From Asterias rubens (lineage: Eukaryota): a stretch of DNA of 64,000 bases. The translations under genes and the position numbers were made by a program. The DNA is taken from contig NC_047066.1 in the NCBI RefSeq assembly GCF_902459465.1, positions 19,468,001 to 19,532,000 of the forward strand, read 5' to 3'. The notes under the pieces are model-generated. The model had not been told where the DNA came from, did not search any database, and was given only the letters and a program-made list of their open reading frames with translations. Shown piece by piece: positions 51,801 through 64,000 of this stretch; position 1 is the stretch's first letter; each line of letters starts with the position of its first letter.

Positions 51801-52373
51801 TGGAGCAGTCCCTTAAACCCATTATACCATAATTCATTATTACCATTAAGAGCCTTCCAAACCTTCCATTCATAGCTTTACTACAAGATGCATTTAAATT
51901 TATCCCTTTAAATCAAAAAGACCTAATAGAGAAATACCCATCCCCAGCATGATGAATATTACTCCATATCCCACATTAAAATCCAACAAGCTTTTTTTTA
52001 TACCCCAATGGCTAACTGACTTCTCAGCAACCCCTATCCTATGGCCACTATCCTTACCCTCACCCCAAGCCTTCATCAGTCCAACCAACTCAACCCCCTA
52101 GCTGACTGCTATTAGTCCATCACTCCAAGCCCATCTGACTACCTGCCCAGCAAACTCCCAGCCTCTGGCCCCTCCAGCTGCCCAACCCAAGTGACTGCCA
52201 TATAGCACTCCCTCCCCTCGACTCAGAGCCCCAAGGCCCTTGGTCAACCCTCAGATCAGCTAGAAATCCAAGGCTCGAGCAAGGCAAAACTTTTTGGTGA
52301 AAAATTTGTGAAAAATTTTCTAAGTCCAAATGCGGTAAATTCATCACTCCAAAAACCGTCAGATTTTCATAAC

Positions 52374-52445
52374 AGCTCGTAGCACAGCGGTGAAGGCCAG
52401 AGACTACAGAGCGGAAGGTCCCCGGTTCAAGCCCTACCCATTTTT
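52374..52445 (+). ncRNA. tRNA-like Pol III unit (degenerate tRNA or SINE head)
   Basis: A box TAGCACAGCGG (52380-52390), B box GGTTCAAGCCC (52423-52433), then a T-run; cloverleaf stems do not pair well. Confidence 0.45.
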
Positions 52446-52479
52446 ACTAGAATTTAAAAAAATTCTTTATTTTAATGGT

Positions 52480-52569
52480 AAAAAGGTCCTGGAGAGGATT
52501 TGAACCCACCCGGCTCACAGCCCCAGGATTCTGGGGGCTGTGAGCTAGCCCGCTGCGCTACGGCGGCTC
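52480..52569 (-). ncRNA. tRNA-like Pol III unit with a 12-bp internal hairpin, convergent with the previous unit
   Basis: A box TAGCGCAGCGG, hairpin GCTCACAGCCCC/GGGGCTGTGAGC, B box GGTTCAAATCC, 3' end CTCTCCAGGACC-TTTTT. Confidence 0.5.
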
Positions 52570-52791
52570 TTGAAAAAAATCGCTCGGAACTAATATTTAA
52601 ACCTTAGGATGGGGGGGTCAAAAAAAATAAAAAATTTAAATGAGATGAGACTTATGACCTTTGACCTTAGCATGAGCATGAAGAGAAAAAGAAATAGAGA
52701 ATTGTTTGAGGGTGTTAAAAAATAGTTTAATTGTAGAACAAAATAACTAACACAAATGCTAGACTATGTTAACAAGTAAAAAGTATATACG

Positions 52792-53025
52792 ATTAAGTCT
52801 ACACATCAAAGTAACTATCACTAGGTTAACTTTAAAGTAACAAATTTGATGTATTCAAATAATTAAGTATTCGCATTGTACTTATTGTATAACAGCGCTT
52901 AAAATTGACTTAAGTCTACAAATATCAAAGGTAACTATGACCTGGTTAACTTTAAAGTAACAAATTTGATGTATTCAAATAATTAAGTATTCGCAGTGTA
53001 CTTATTGTATCAACAGCGCTTAAAA
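52792..53025 (+). repeat. Tandem duplication of about 120 bp
   Basis: TTAAGTCTACA.A..TCAAAG.TAACTAT...GTTAACTTTAAAGTAACAAATTTGATGTATTC...CAGCGCTTAAAA occurs twice. Confidence 0.85.
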
Positions 53026-53514
53026 CTAACTTTGCAATTTGCGACAACCCTTTTATGACAATACAATACACTTTGCCGTTGGCGTAACCAGTAAAAAATT
53101 GCGAACCTGATTGCACAAAATGATTGATTCGATAAACAATAATTAGCACCGGCAAATAATGTGTTTTTGCCTGTGTATATGCCAACCATTACATCTTTTT
53201 AACATCTATTAACTAACATCTATCAAATATACCTCAGTAAAGTACATAACAATATTGCATTCTATATATAATAATTTTAACTATTTCATCCACAAAATGT
53301 AACTAAATTCACTGCAACTGAGATAACAATGCCTTTATTTTCTGACCACAGTTCGTATAATAACATGAAACATTTTCTGAAACGAGGTTGCTTTTTCGCA
53401 AGGATTATTTTGATTGCACGTAGTATCTTAATTAACACTCATCGCTGCTGCGCCGTTTAATAAGAAATCAAAACACAGTATTTTTTTAATACGAATACTT
53501 AATAAATATTAATT

Positions 53515-55440
53515 ATCTGTTTGATCCCACACATTTATAATTGTGTAATAAAGTTTACATCCCCCCGTGTCATTTTATATCTGATTATGTTTTTGTTAAA
53601 TTCGATATATTATTAATTATTTGATAAAATTAATCGTTCTAACTACACATCACATAATTGTTGTTATAACACAAGTATAATTTTTTACTGTTAATTCCTT
53701 GTTTGATTTCCCCACATTTGTTATTAAGTATCTACAGTTTTCTCCAAGATATTTTATATGTGATATAGTTTTTGTTAAATTTGATATATTATACATTTAT
53801 TTGGTTAAGAAACACTTCCTAACTGCACATCACAAATTTTAACATCAGAATTTATATAAACGCATATTTTGTATCGTTAATTCCAGGTTTGATTTCCCCC
53901 TCATTTTTAATTGTGTGGTCACTGATACCCCCCCCCCCCCAGTATTGATAGTTTTCTCTGAGATTTAATTTATAAGTGATTTAGTTTTGTTTAATTTGAT
54001 ATATTATATATTTATTTGGTAAAATAACACTTCCTAACTACACAACATAAATTTGTTGGTATAACATCAGAATTTGTATAAACGCATATTTTGTATCGTT
54101 AATTCCTTGTTAATTCCCCCACATTTTTAATTTTGTAATTGTGTGGTTAAATTGATACCCCCCCCCCAGTGTTGATAGTTTTCTCCAATATTCATTTTAT
54201 GTGTGATTTAAATTTAGTTAAATTTATTTTATTACACATTTATTTGGTAAACTTACACTTCCTAGCTACACATCATAAATTTGTTGTTATAACTTCAGAA
54301 TTTGTATAAACACATAATTGTTATTGTTTATTCCTCGTTAGATTCCCCCACATTTGTAATTTTGTGGTAACATTGAAACCCCCCCCCTCCCCAGTGTATA
54401 TAGCTTTCTCCAAGATTCATTTAATATGTGATTTAAATTAAATTTTGTTAAATTTGATATATTATATTTATTTGTTAACATAACTACACATCATAATGTT
54501 TTTGTTATAACATCTAAATTTGTATAAACACATAAATGGTATTGTTTTTTCCTTGTTTGATCCCCCCTCTTTTGTAATTGTGTGGTTACATTGTTTCCCC
54601 CCCCCCCCCAGTGTTTATAGTTTTCTCCAATATTAATTATAAATGTGATTTAGCTTTTGTTGGATTTTATAAATACATTTATTTGGTAAAATTACACTTC
54701 CTAACTACACATCATAATTGTAACATCAGAATTTGTATAAACGCATATTTTGTATCGTTATTTCCTTGTTGGATTTCTCCCTCATTTGTAATTGTGTGGT
54801 TACATTAATACCCCCCCCCCCCCCCCCCCCCGGTGTTTATAGTTTTCTCCAATATTAATTTTATTTAGTTTTTCTTTAATTTGATATATTATATATTTTG
54901 GGTAAAATTACACATCATAAATTTGTTGTTACAACATCAGAATTTTGTATAAAGCATATTAATTGTATTGTTTATTCCTTGTTTGATTACCCACATTTGT
55001 AATTGTGTGGTTAAGTTGATACCCCCGCCCCCCTCCTGTCTAGTTTTCTCCATACTTCATATTATATGTTATTAGTTTTTAAATATAATATATGTTGGCT
55101 AAAACTGCACATCCTAACTACATTTTTTGTTATAACATCTACAATTTTTCAATCTACACATTTTATAAATTGTAATCTTTGTTTGATCCCCCGCATTTGT
55201 AATTATGGTTAAAGTAATATTTCCCAGTCTCGCTTGCTCCATATTTCATTTTACTTTGTAATTTTTTTCCTCTTCATGTATTAATTTTTTATATTTTTTA
55301 TAACGCTACTAAACTACAAATCATAAATTTATTGTTATAATATCAGCGATTGTTTAAAACGCAAGATTTTTAATTGTTTATTCCTTATTTGATTCCCCCA
55401 CATTTTTAATTGCCTGTTTAAATTTATTTCCCCCATTACA
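53515..55440 (+). repeat. AT-rich satellite of about 200 bp units with poly-C tract, about 9-10 copies
   Basis: Recurrent TTCCTTGTTTGAT.CCCCACATTT.TAATTGTGTGG..poly-C..AGTTTTCTCCAA..TTTGATATATTAT..CCTAACTACACATCA. Confidence 0.85.
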
Positions 55441-55839
55441 TTTTATCCCAAATCTTTATCATCTGTAATTTATTTTTTGTCTAAATTTGATATATTATTT
55501 AAATTCGTATACATGTATTGTAAAACTCTTGAAATTCGGAATACATAATGGGCTCATTTTATACGACATGAGCCTTTTAAAATTTCTCTCGCGATGTCTT
55601 TATGTCTGCCCGACTGCGCTGCAACCATCGTTTCAATACTTTACGTATCTTATTTATTACCAAAAAACATAAATAAAAACACTCAAAAATAAAATGGTAC
55701 AATTTTAAAAACAAATACTTTTAGTCCCACTACTTAAGCATACTTTAACTAAAGCCAGGTACACTATTGCTAACAATTACACACGCAAGCACCCCCTACT
55801 GATCTACAGAAAAATAAAGTAAGGACTAAGAGAAGCTTT

Positions 55840-58800
55840 GAACACAGAAGAACTGAGAGTATGACCTTAGGTCACAGAAGGACTGAGAATATGCCCTCTG
55901 TTAACAGAAGGTTTAAGAGTGTGCCCTATGAACACAGAAGGACTAAGAGTGTGCCCTTCGATTACAGAAAGACTAAGATTGTGCCCTCTGATCACAGAAG
56001 GACTAAGAATGTGCTCTCTGAACACAGAGTGAATGAAAGTGTGCCCTCCGATTACAGAAGGACTAAGAGTGTGCCCTCTGATCACAGAAGGACTTAGAGT
56101 GTGCCCTCTGATTACAGAAGGACTAAGAGTGTGCCCTCTGATTACAGAAGGACTAAGAGTGTGCCCTCTGATCATAGGACTGGGAGTGTGCCCTCTGATT
56201 ACAGAAGAACTAAGAGTGTGCCCTCTGATCATAGGACTGGGAGTGTGCCCTCTAAACACAAAAGGACAGAGTTAGCCCTCTGAATACAATTGGATCAAGA
56301 TTGTGCTCTCTGAACACAGAAGGAATAAGATTGTGCCCTTTGAACCAATAAGGACTTAGAAATAGCCATCTTAAAACAGTCGACTTATATTGTCCCCTTC
56401 TGATTGGAGGACAAAAACTAACCATGTGCCCTCCAATCACAGAAGGGCAAAGAGTTAGCCCTCTGGACACAGACGGACTAAGAGTATTCCCGCTGGATAC
56501 AGAAGGACCAGGAGTGTGCCCTCTGAAACAGAACTAACCATGTGCCCTCTGATCACAGAACGACAAAGAGTTAGCCCTCTGGACACAGACGGACTAAGAG
56601 TGTTCCTGCTTGATACAGAAGGACTAAGAGTGTTCCCGCTGGATACAGAAGGACCAGGAGTGTGCCCTCTGAAACAAAACTAACCATGTGCCCTCTGATC
56701 ACAGAAGGAAAAAAAGTTAGCCCTCTGGACACAGACAGACTAAGAGTGTTCCCGCTGGACACAGATGGACCAAGAGTATGCCCTCTGACACAGAAGGACC
56801 AAGAGTTTGCCCCTCTGATCCCCTGACACAGAAGGACTGAGAATGTGCCCCTCTGATCTCAGAAGGACTGTCCTCTGACACCACAGAAGGACTAAAATTG
56901 TGCCTTCTGAACACAGAATGACATCGAGTTAGCCCTCTGGACACAGACAGACTGAGATCTGACCACAGAATGACTGAGAGGTTCCCTCTGAACACAGAAT
57001 GAACAAGAGTGAGCCCTCTGCAAAGAAGGGAATGAAATTATGCCCTTTAAACACAGAAGGACTGCCCTCTGACCACAGGAGGACTATGATTATACCCTCT
57101 GAACCCAGAAGGACTAATATTGTGCCCTCTAAACACTAAAGGACAAAGAGTTAGCCCTCTACTGAACACATAAGGACTAAGAGTTAGCCCTCTACTGAAC
57201 ACAGAAGGACTACAATTGTGCACTCCTTACATGGAATGACTGAGAGTGTGCCCTCTCAATACAGAAAGGCCAAGAATAAGCCCTCTGCGTGAAGGACTAA
57301 GAGTTGGCCCTCTGAACGCAGAAGGACTAAGATTGTGCGCTCTGAACACAGAAGGGCCAAGAGTTAGCCCTCTGCACGAAGGACTAAGATTGTGCCAACT
57401 GCACAGAAGTAATATTGCCCTCTGAACACCAAAGGACTGAGCTTAAGCCCTCTAATTACAGAAGGACTAAGAGTGTGCCCTCTGAACAAAGAGTGAACGA
57501 AAGTGTGCCCTCTGAACACAGAAGGTCCCAGATGGAGCCCTCTGAAAACAGAAGGACTAAGATTGTGTCCTCTAAACACAGAAGGACTAAGAGTAAGCCC
57601 TCTGATTACAGAAGGACTAAGAGTGTGCCCTCTGAACACAGAGTGAATGAAAGTGTGCCCTCTGAGCACAGAAGGTCCCACATGGAGCCCTCTGAAAACA
57701 GAAGGACTAAGATTGTGACTGAGAGTGTGCCATTTAAACACAGAAACGCCACAAGACAGCCCTCTGAACACAGAAGGACTAAGAGTTAGCCCTCTGAACA
57801 CAGAAGGCATAAGATTGTTCCCTCTGAACACAGAAGGAATAGGATTGTGCACTCTGAACACAGAAGGACCGATATTGTGCCCTCTTACGACAAAAGGACT
57901 GAGAGTGTGCCCTTTAAACACAGAAAGGCCACGAGACAGCCCTCTGAACACAGAAGGACTAAGAGTTAGCCCTCTGAACACAGAACGACTAAGATTGTGC
58001 CCTCTGAACACAGAAGAACTAAAAGTGTGCCCTCTGGACACAGACGGCCTAAGATTGTTCCCTCTGAACACAGAAGGCATAAGATTGTGCCCTCTGACCA
58101 CAGCAGCACTAAGATTGTGCGCTCTGATTACACTGTGCCATCTAAACACAGAGTGAATGAAAGTAAGCCCTGTGAACAGAAAAGGTCCCAGATGGAGCCC
58201 TCTGAAAACAGAAGGACCAAGATTGTGCCCTTTGAACACAGAGGAACTAAGATTGTGCCCTCTTAAGACAACAGGACTGAGAGTGTGCCCTTTAAACACA
58301 GAGAGGCAATGGGAGAGCCCTCTGAACACAGAAGGACTGAGATAGACCTCCGATTACTGAAGGAACACAGAGTAAATGAAAGTGTGCCCTCTGAACACAG
58401 AAGGTCCCAGATGGAGACCTTTGAAAACAGAAGGACTAAGATTGTGCCCTCTGAACACAGGAGAACTAAGATTGTGCCTTCTTAAGACAAAAGGACTGAG
58501 AGTGTGCCCTTTAAACACAGAAAGGCAACGAGACAGCCCTCTGAACACAGAAGGACTAAGAATTAGCCCTCTGAACACAGAACGACTAAGATTGTGCCCT
58601 CTGAACACAGAAGAACTAAAAGTGTGCCCTCTGGACACAGACGGCCTAAGATTGCTCCCTCTGAACACAGAAGGAATAAGATTGTGCACACTGATTACAG
58701 AAGGAATAAGATTGTGCCATCTGAAAACAGAAGGACTAAGATTGTGCCCTTTATGACAAAAGGACTGAGAGTAAGCCCTCTGAAAACAGAAGGACTGAGA

Positions 58801-61645
58801 TTGTGCCCTCTGAAAACAAAAGGACTAAAATTGCGCCCTCTTATGACAGAAGGACTGAGAGTAAGCCCTCTGAAAACAGAAGGACTAAGATTGTGCCATC
58901 AGCACAGAACTGAAATAATGCCCTCTGAATACAGAAGGACTGAGAGTGTGCCATCTAAACACAGAAACGCCACAAGACAGCCCTCTGAGCACAGAAGGAC
59001 TAAGAGTTAGCCCTCTGAACACAGAGTGAATGAAAGTGTGCCCTCTGAACACAGTAGGTCCCAGATGGAGCCCTCTAAAAACAGAAGGACTGAGAGTGTG
59101 CCCTCTGAAAACAGAAAGAGCACGAGACGGCCCTCTGAACACATAAGGACTAAGCGTTAGCCCTCTGGACAAAGACGGCCTAAGATTGTTCCCTCAGAAC
59201 ACAGAAGGTCTCACATGGAGCCCTCTGAAAACAGAATGACTGAGATTGAGCCCACTGAAAACAGAAGGACTAAGATTGTGCCATCAGCACAGAACTGATA
59301 TAATGCCCTCTGAATACAGAAGGACTGAGAGTGTGCCCTCTAAACACAGAAAGACCACACGACAGCCCTCTTAACACAGAAGGACTAAGAGTAAGTCCTC
59401 TGATTACAGAAGGACTAAGAGACTGCCTCTGAACACTGAAGGAATAAGAGTTAGCCCTCTGTACACAGAAGGACTAAGAGAGTAAACAGAGTAAATGAAA
59501 GTGTGCCCTCTGAACATAGATGGTCCCAGATGGAGCCTTCAAAAACAGAAGAACTTTCTGAACACAGAAATATCACGAGACAGTCCTCTGAACAAGCAGG
59601 ACTAAGATTGTGCCCTCTCATGACAAAAGGACCGAGAGTGTGCCCTTTAAACACAGAAAGGCCACAGGACAGCCCTCTGAACACAGAAGGACTAAGAGTT
59701 AGCCCTCCGATTACTGAAGGAACACAGAATGACTTAAAGTGTGCCCTGTGAACACAGATGGTCCCAGATGGAGCCCAGACGGACTAAGATAGTGCCCTCT
59801 GAAAACAGAAGGACTAAGATGGAGCCCTCTGAACACAGAAGGACTAAGATTTTGCCCTCTGAACACAGAAGGACTAAGAATGTGCCCTCTGACCACAGCA
59901 GGACTAAGATAGTGCCCTTCTGAACACAGGACTAAGATTGTGCCCTCTTACGACAAAAGGACCGAGAGTGTGCCCTTTAAAGACAGAAAGGCCAAGAGAC
60001 AGCCCTCTGAACACAGGACTAGAGATAGACCTCTGATTACTGAAGGACAAAGAATGTGCCCTCTGAACACAGAGTGAATGAAAGTGTGTCCTGTGAACAC
60101 TGAAGGTCCCAAATGGAGCCCTCTGAACACAGAGTGAATAAAAGTGTGCCCTGTGAACACACAAGGTCCCAAATGGAGCACTCTGAAAACAGAAGGACTA
60201 CGATTGTGCCCTCTGGACACAGAAGGAATAAGAGTTAGCCCTCTGATTACAGAAGGACTAAGAGTGTGCCCTTTTATGACAAAAGGACTGAGCGTTAGCC
60301 CTCTGAACACAGGACTAAGATTGTGCCACCTGCACAGGACTGAAATAATGTCCTCTGAACACAGGAGTACTGAGAATGTGCCTTCTGAACACAGAAAAGC
60401 CACGAGACAGCCCTCACACAGAAGGACCAAGATTGTGCCCTTTGAACACAGAAGGACTACGTGTTAGCCCTCTGGACACAGACGGCTTAAGATTGTTCCC
60501 TCTGAACACAGAGTAAATGAGAGTGTGCCCTCTGAACACAGAAGGTCCCAAATGGAGCATCTGAAGACAGGACTAAGATTGTGCCCTCTGAACACAGGAC
60601 TACACTGTGCCCTCTGATCAGGGTAGACTAAGATAGTCCCCTCTTATCACAGGACTCACCATGTCTGCTGTGATCACAGAAGGACTAAGAGTCTGCCCTC
60701 TGATCACAAAAGGACTAATAGAGTGCCCTTGTAACAACAAATGACTAAGAGTGTGCCTTTTGCACACAGAAGGTCCCAGATGGAGCCCTCTGAAAGCAGG
60801 ACTAAGATGTTGCCCTATGACAAAAATGTGCACAGAACTGAAATAATGCCCTCTGAACACAGAAGGACTGAGAGTGTGCCTTCTGCAAACAGAAGGACTA
60901 AGATTGTGCCCCCTGAGTACAGAAGGACAAAGAGTGTGCCCTCTGGACACAGACAGCCTAATATAATTCCCTCTGAACACAGAAGGAACACTATTGTGCC
61001 CTCTGACCACAGCAGGAGTAAGAGTGTGCGCTCTGAGTACAGAAGGACTAAGATTGTTCCCCCGAACACAGAAGGAACAAGATTGTGCCCTCTGACTACA
61101 TCAGGACTGAGAATCTGAACACAGAAAGTCCCAGATGGAGCCCTCTGAAAACAGGACTAAAACTGTGCCCTATGAACACAGGTGGACTAAGAGTCTGCCC
61201 TCTGATCACAAAAGGACTAATAGAGTGCCCTTGTAACAACAAATGACTAAGAGTGTGCCTTTTGCACACAGAAGGTCCCAGATGGAGCCCCCTGAAAGCA
61301 GGACTAAGATGTTGCCCTCTGACAAAAATGTGCACAGAACTGAAATAATGCCCTCTGAACACAGAAGGACTGAGAGTGTGCCTTCTGCAAACAGAAGGAC
61401 TAAGATTGTGCCCCCTGAGTACAGAAGGACAAAGAGTGTGCCCTCTGGACACAGACAGCCTAAGATTGTTCCCTCTGAACACAGAAGGAACACTATTGTG
61501 CCCTCTGACCACAGCAGGACTAAGATTGTGCCCCCTGATAACAGAAGGATCAAGAATATACCCTGTGATTACAGAAGTACTAAGAGTTTGCCCTATGATC
61601 ACAGAAGGACTGAGACTGTGCTCTCTGAACCCAGAAGGACCAAAG
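55840..61645 (+). repeat. 5.8-kb degenerate 30-bp minisatellite with higher-order duplications
   Basis: Consensus CCCTCTGAACACAGAAGGACTAAGAGTGTG (roughly 190 units) with recurring variant units; block near 60683-61100 recurs near 61184-61530. Confidence 0.95.
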
Positions 61646-62250
61646 AGTATGAAGAAAGTGAAGAATAAGAGTTTGAAAGAGTAGTTAAACGAAGAAAACA
61701 ATCTAAATTATAGGGGGGCAAAACTACTACAATAAAGTTACCAAATATACCATTACAAATTTAACATCACAGTAGAACAGAACATAAACTTGTCACTAAA
61801 CAAAAAAAATCTTATAAATACACCATCGCAAGCAAATTTTTGGCATCAGATTTTGTCTGATAATCATCCTGATCAGCTTAGTTTAATTAGCAGGGCCACC
61901 ACGTGCAGGTGCCAGGATACCAGCCCCACACGCTTTCGAGATCGTAAGGGCCATTGCACCTCCTTCCATTGGAGGGTCCGGTCCGCCACCTCAAGTTGCC
62001 CCAAGGTAGTCCCCTACTCTACTCACGCGGTCCCTAGCCGAAAAGACTAGGAACTCCTCCCGTTTAGCCAACCATTTGTGATAACACCGGCGCATCCTCA
62101 GGGGAGGAGCCCAAATGCACCTTTAAGATCAGCCACCCATTGTAGCGAGCCGGAAGTAGGACCCCACAAGCCACGTGCAAGTGTCCAGGTCCCTTTAGTT
62201 TAATTTTGGAGTTATCCAAAATTTACCGCACCTGCAATCAAACATTCCCT

Positions 62251-62763
62251 CCACCAATTGTATATTGCCACCACCAATTGTATCCTCCCACCACCAGTTG
62301 TATCCTCCCACCACCAATTGTATCCTCCCACCACCAATTGTATCCTCCCACCACCAATTGTATCCTCCCACCGCCAATTGTATCCTCCCACCGCCAATTG
62401 TATCCTCCCACCGCCAATTGTATCCTCCCACCGCCAATTGTATCCTCCCACCACCAATTGTATCCTCCCACCACCAATTGTATCCTCCCACCGCCAATTG
62501 TATCCTCTCACCGCCAATTGTATCCTCCCACCACCAATTGTATCCTCCCACCACCAATTGTATCCTCCCACCGCCAATTGTATCCTCCCACCACCAATTG
62601 TATCCTCCCACCGCCAATTGTATCCTCCCACCATCAATTGTATCCTCCCACCACCAATTGTATCCTCCCACCGCCAATTGTATCCTCCCACCGCCAATTG
62701 TATCCTCCCACCACCAATTGTATCCTCCCACCACCAATTGTATCCTACCACCACCAATTGTAT
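62251..62763 (+). repeat. 20-bp minisatellite, about 25 copies
   Basis: Unit CC(A/G)CCAATTGTATCCTCCCA. Confidence 0.97.
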
Positions 62764-63054
62764 GTTCTCTTACCACTAATCCAATCGTCACACCTCCAGT
62801 CGAGAAGCTGCATCACCAAGGCTCCAAGATCTCCAATTGCGTCGCGCAAAAATCGCGTATGTGCATGCTTGCTTGCAATGGTGTATTTATTTACAGATAC
62901 TTACTGTTACGGTACTACAAAAACAGCTAACTACTACAAAATTACAAAACTAACACGTCTTACTATTGATGATGCTTGGTTGTTCATTCATGATCCAAAG
63001 ATGAACTGCTAAGATGTCATGATTTTATCTGCTTTGCTCTCCTTTACCCTGCAG

Positions 63055-63131
63055 CTCTTAGATGTCAGAAGAAAGGCTCCTCTTCGAACTTGATTTCAGG
63101 ACACTATTAGCTACATCTCAGGTCCTGAAAG
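63055..63131 (+). other. Possible exon containing a start codon (MSEERLLFELDFRTLLATSQVLK), gene unknown
   Basis: Strong polypyrimidine tract plus GCAG acceptor, ATG at 63062, open to an AAG|GTAACA donor; no matching downstream exon established. Confidence 0.25.
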
Positions 63132-64000
63132 GTAACAGATACAAAAGTGTATGCAATTGTAAGCTTGCAATTGTAAGCCAATAATTTGCAAAACCTCTTG
63201 TAAGGGCGAAACAAAACTGGTGAAGACCCCCAAGATATAATTTGTCAGCACAAAATTCGACTAATAAACTGTTTTAATTGAGTAATAGTTTAGTTTTGTC
63301 GTGCAAAGATTGAAACAGGAATGGGGCAGTTTGGAACCAGCAAGAAACCTTGTATCAACTGGAACCTCATCACATGTGAGCTGGTCATAACGGGAGTCGA
63401 CAAGTTTGACAATTACTTTGTATTTTTCATTATTTGGTCAGTGGAGGTTATTCATTCATGTTCAATTTTGTTTTTGCAATCATCGCTATTTTTGATGCCA
63501 CTTTTGAGAATTTTAAAGAGGAGAACTAAATAGAAACGTGTTAACAGGGTGCTTTTATTGTTGACTTTGCATCTACAGGTGCTCCAATGCTCAACTCTGA
63601 TAATTTCTTTGAGTTTGATCTGCTTATCATGCTTGTCATCAGGCACCATGTTTTTTTTAGAACATAACTTCTGCACTGGGAATATTTATACAAGTACCAA
63701 TCGAGTACATGAATTTGGTTTGAATCTAAGAACCAAATGATTTCCCCAAAATATTGATTCAAAATAAAAAAAACCCCACAAAGTTCATAATAGGGGGTTC
63801 CAGGTCTAGTCTCTAGAAACCAAATGTTTGGAGGAAATTATTTTGTTTCATTTTTTTGCAATAAAAATAAGCAATAGCATACAACAACTTGACACAAAAA
63901 CACAACCAAGCTTCTGTCTCCTCAAATCAAGTCAAAACTTAAACCGAATTCTGTCCAAACAACATGCACTCTTGAAAATTATAACAGAGCTCCAATATTG

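Noticed and set aside
55861-61701. Many overlapping repetitive ORFs on both strands
   Set aside because: By-products of the 30-bp repeat; no frame or strand is consistently open.
61890-62200. GC-rich patch between minisatellites, possibly a retroelement 5' UTR
   Set aside because: No ORF, terminal repeat or recognisable motif; cannot be assigned.
55840-62763. CRISPR-like arrays
   Set aside because: Units abut with no unique spacers, there are no cas genes, and the context is eukaryotic.
62195-63012. Trp/Gly-rich and Pro-rich repeat ORFs
   Set aside because: All frames of a 20-bp minisatellite; unit length is not a multiple of 3.
63452-63762. Minus-strand ORFs near the right edge
   Set aside because: No recognisable domain and no coherent exon chain.
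37000-64000. Autonomous transposon or viral genes
   Set aside because: No transposase, reverse transcriptase, integrase or capsid motifs were seen in any ORF; only short non-autonomous elements.

Overview
AT-rich eukaryotic (spliceosomal GT-AG intron) genomic DNA from an animal, most plausibly a marine deuterostome such as an echinoderm (an impression from repeat content and domain repertoire, not proven). The left 37 kb holds a head-to-tail minus-strand array of six paralogs, named P1-P6 left to right. The full 7-exon form encodes a secreted protein of about 475 aa: signal peptide, an unassigned ~85-aa Cys-containing domain, then a fibrinogen-related domain (FReD) whose B and P subdomains are split by a complete F5/8 type C (discoidin) domain on two exons bounded by phase-1 introns. 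P2, P4 and P5 assemble into intact reading frames. P3 has a premature stop inside the discoidin cassette, P1 runs off the left edge, and P6 is a two-exon remnant with a +1 frameshift. The paralogs look mosaic and vary most in the predicted ligand-binding loops, as expected for a diversifying innate-recognition lectin cluster. The right 27 kb has no convincing protein gene. It contains MITEs, a degenerate 0.5-0.6 kb tandem array with exon-like splice signals, 53-, 30- and 20-bp minisatellites, AT-rich satellites and two convergent tRNA-like Pol III units. All splice junctions, frames and identity estimates were read by eye; no searches were run.
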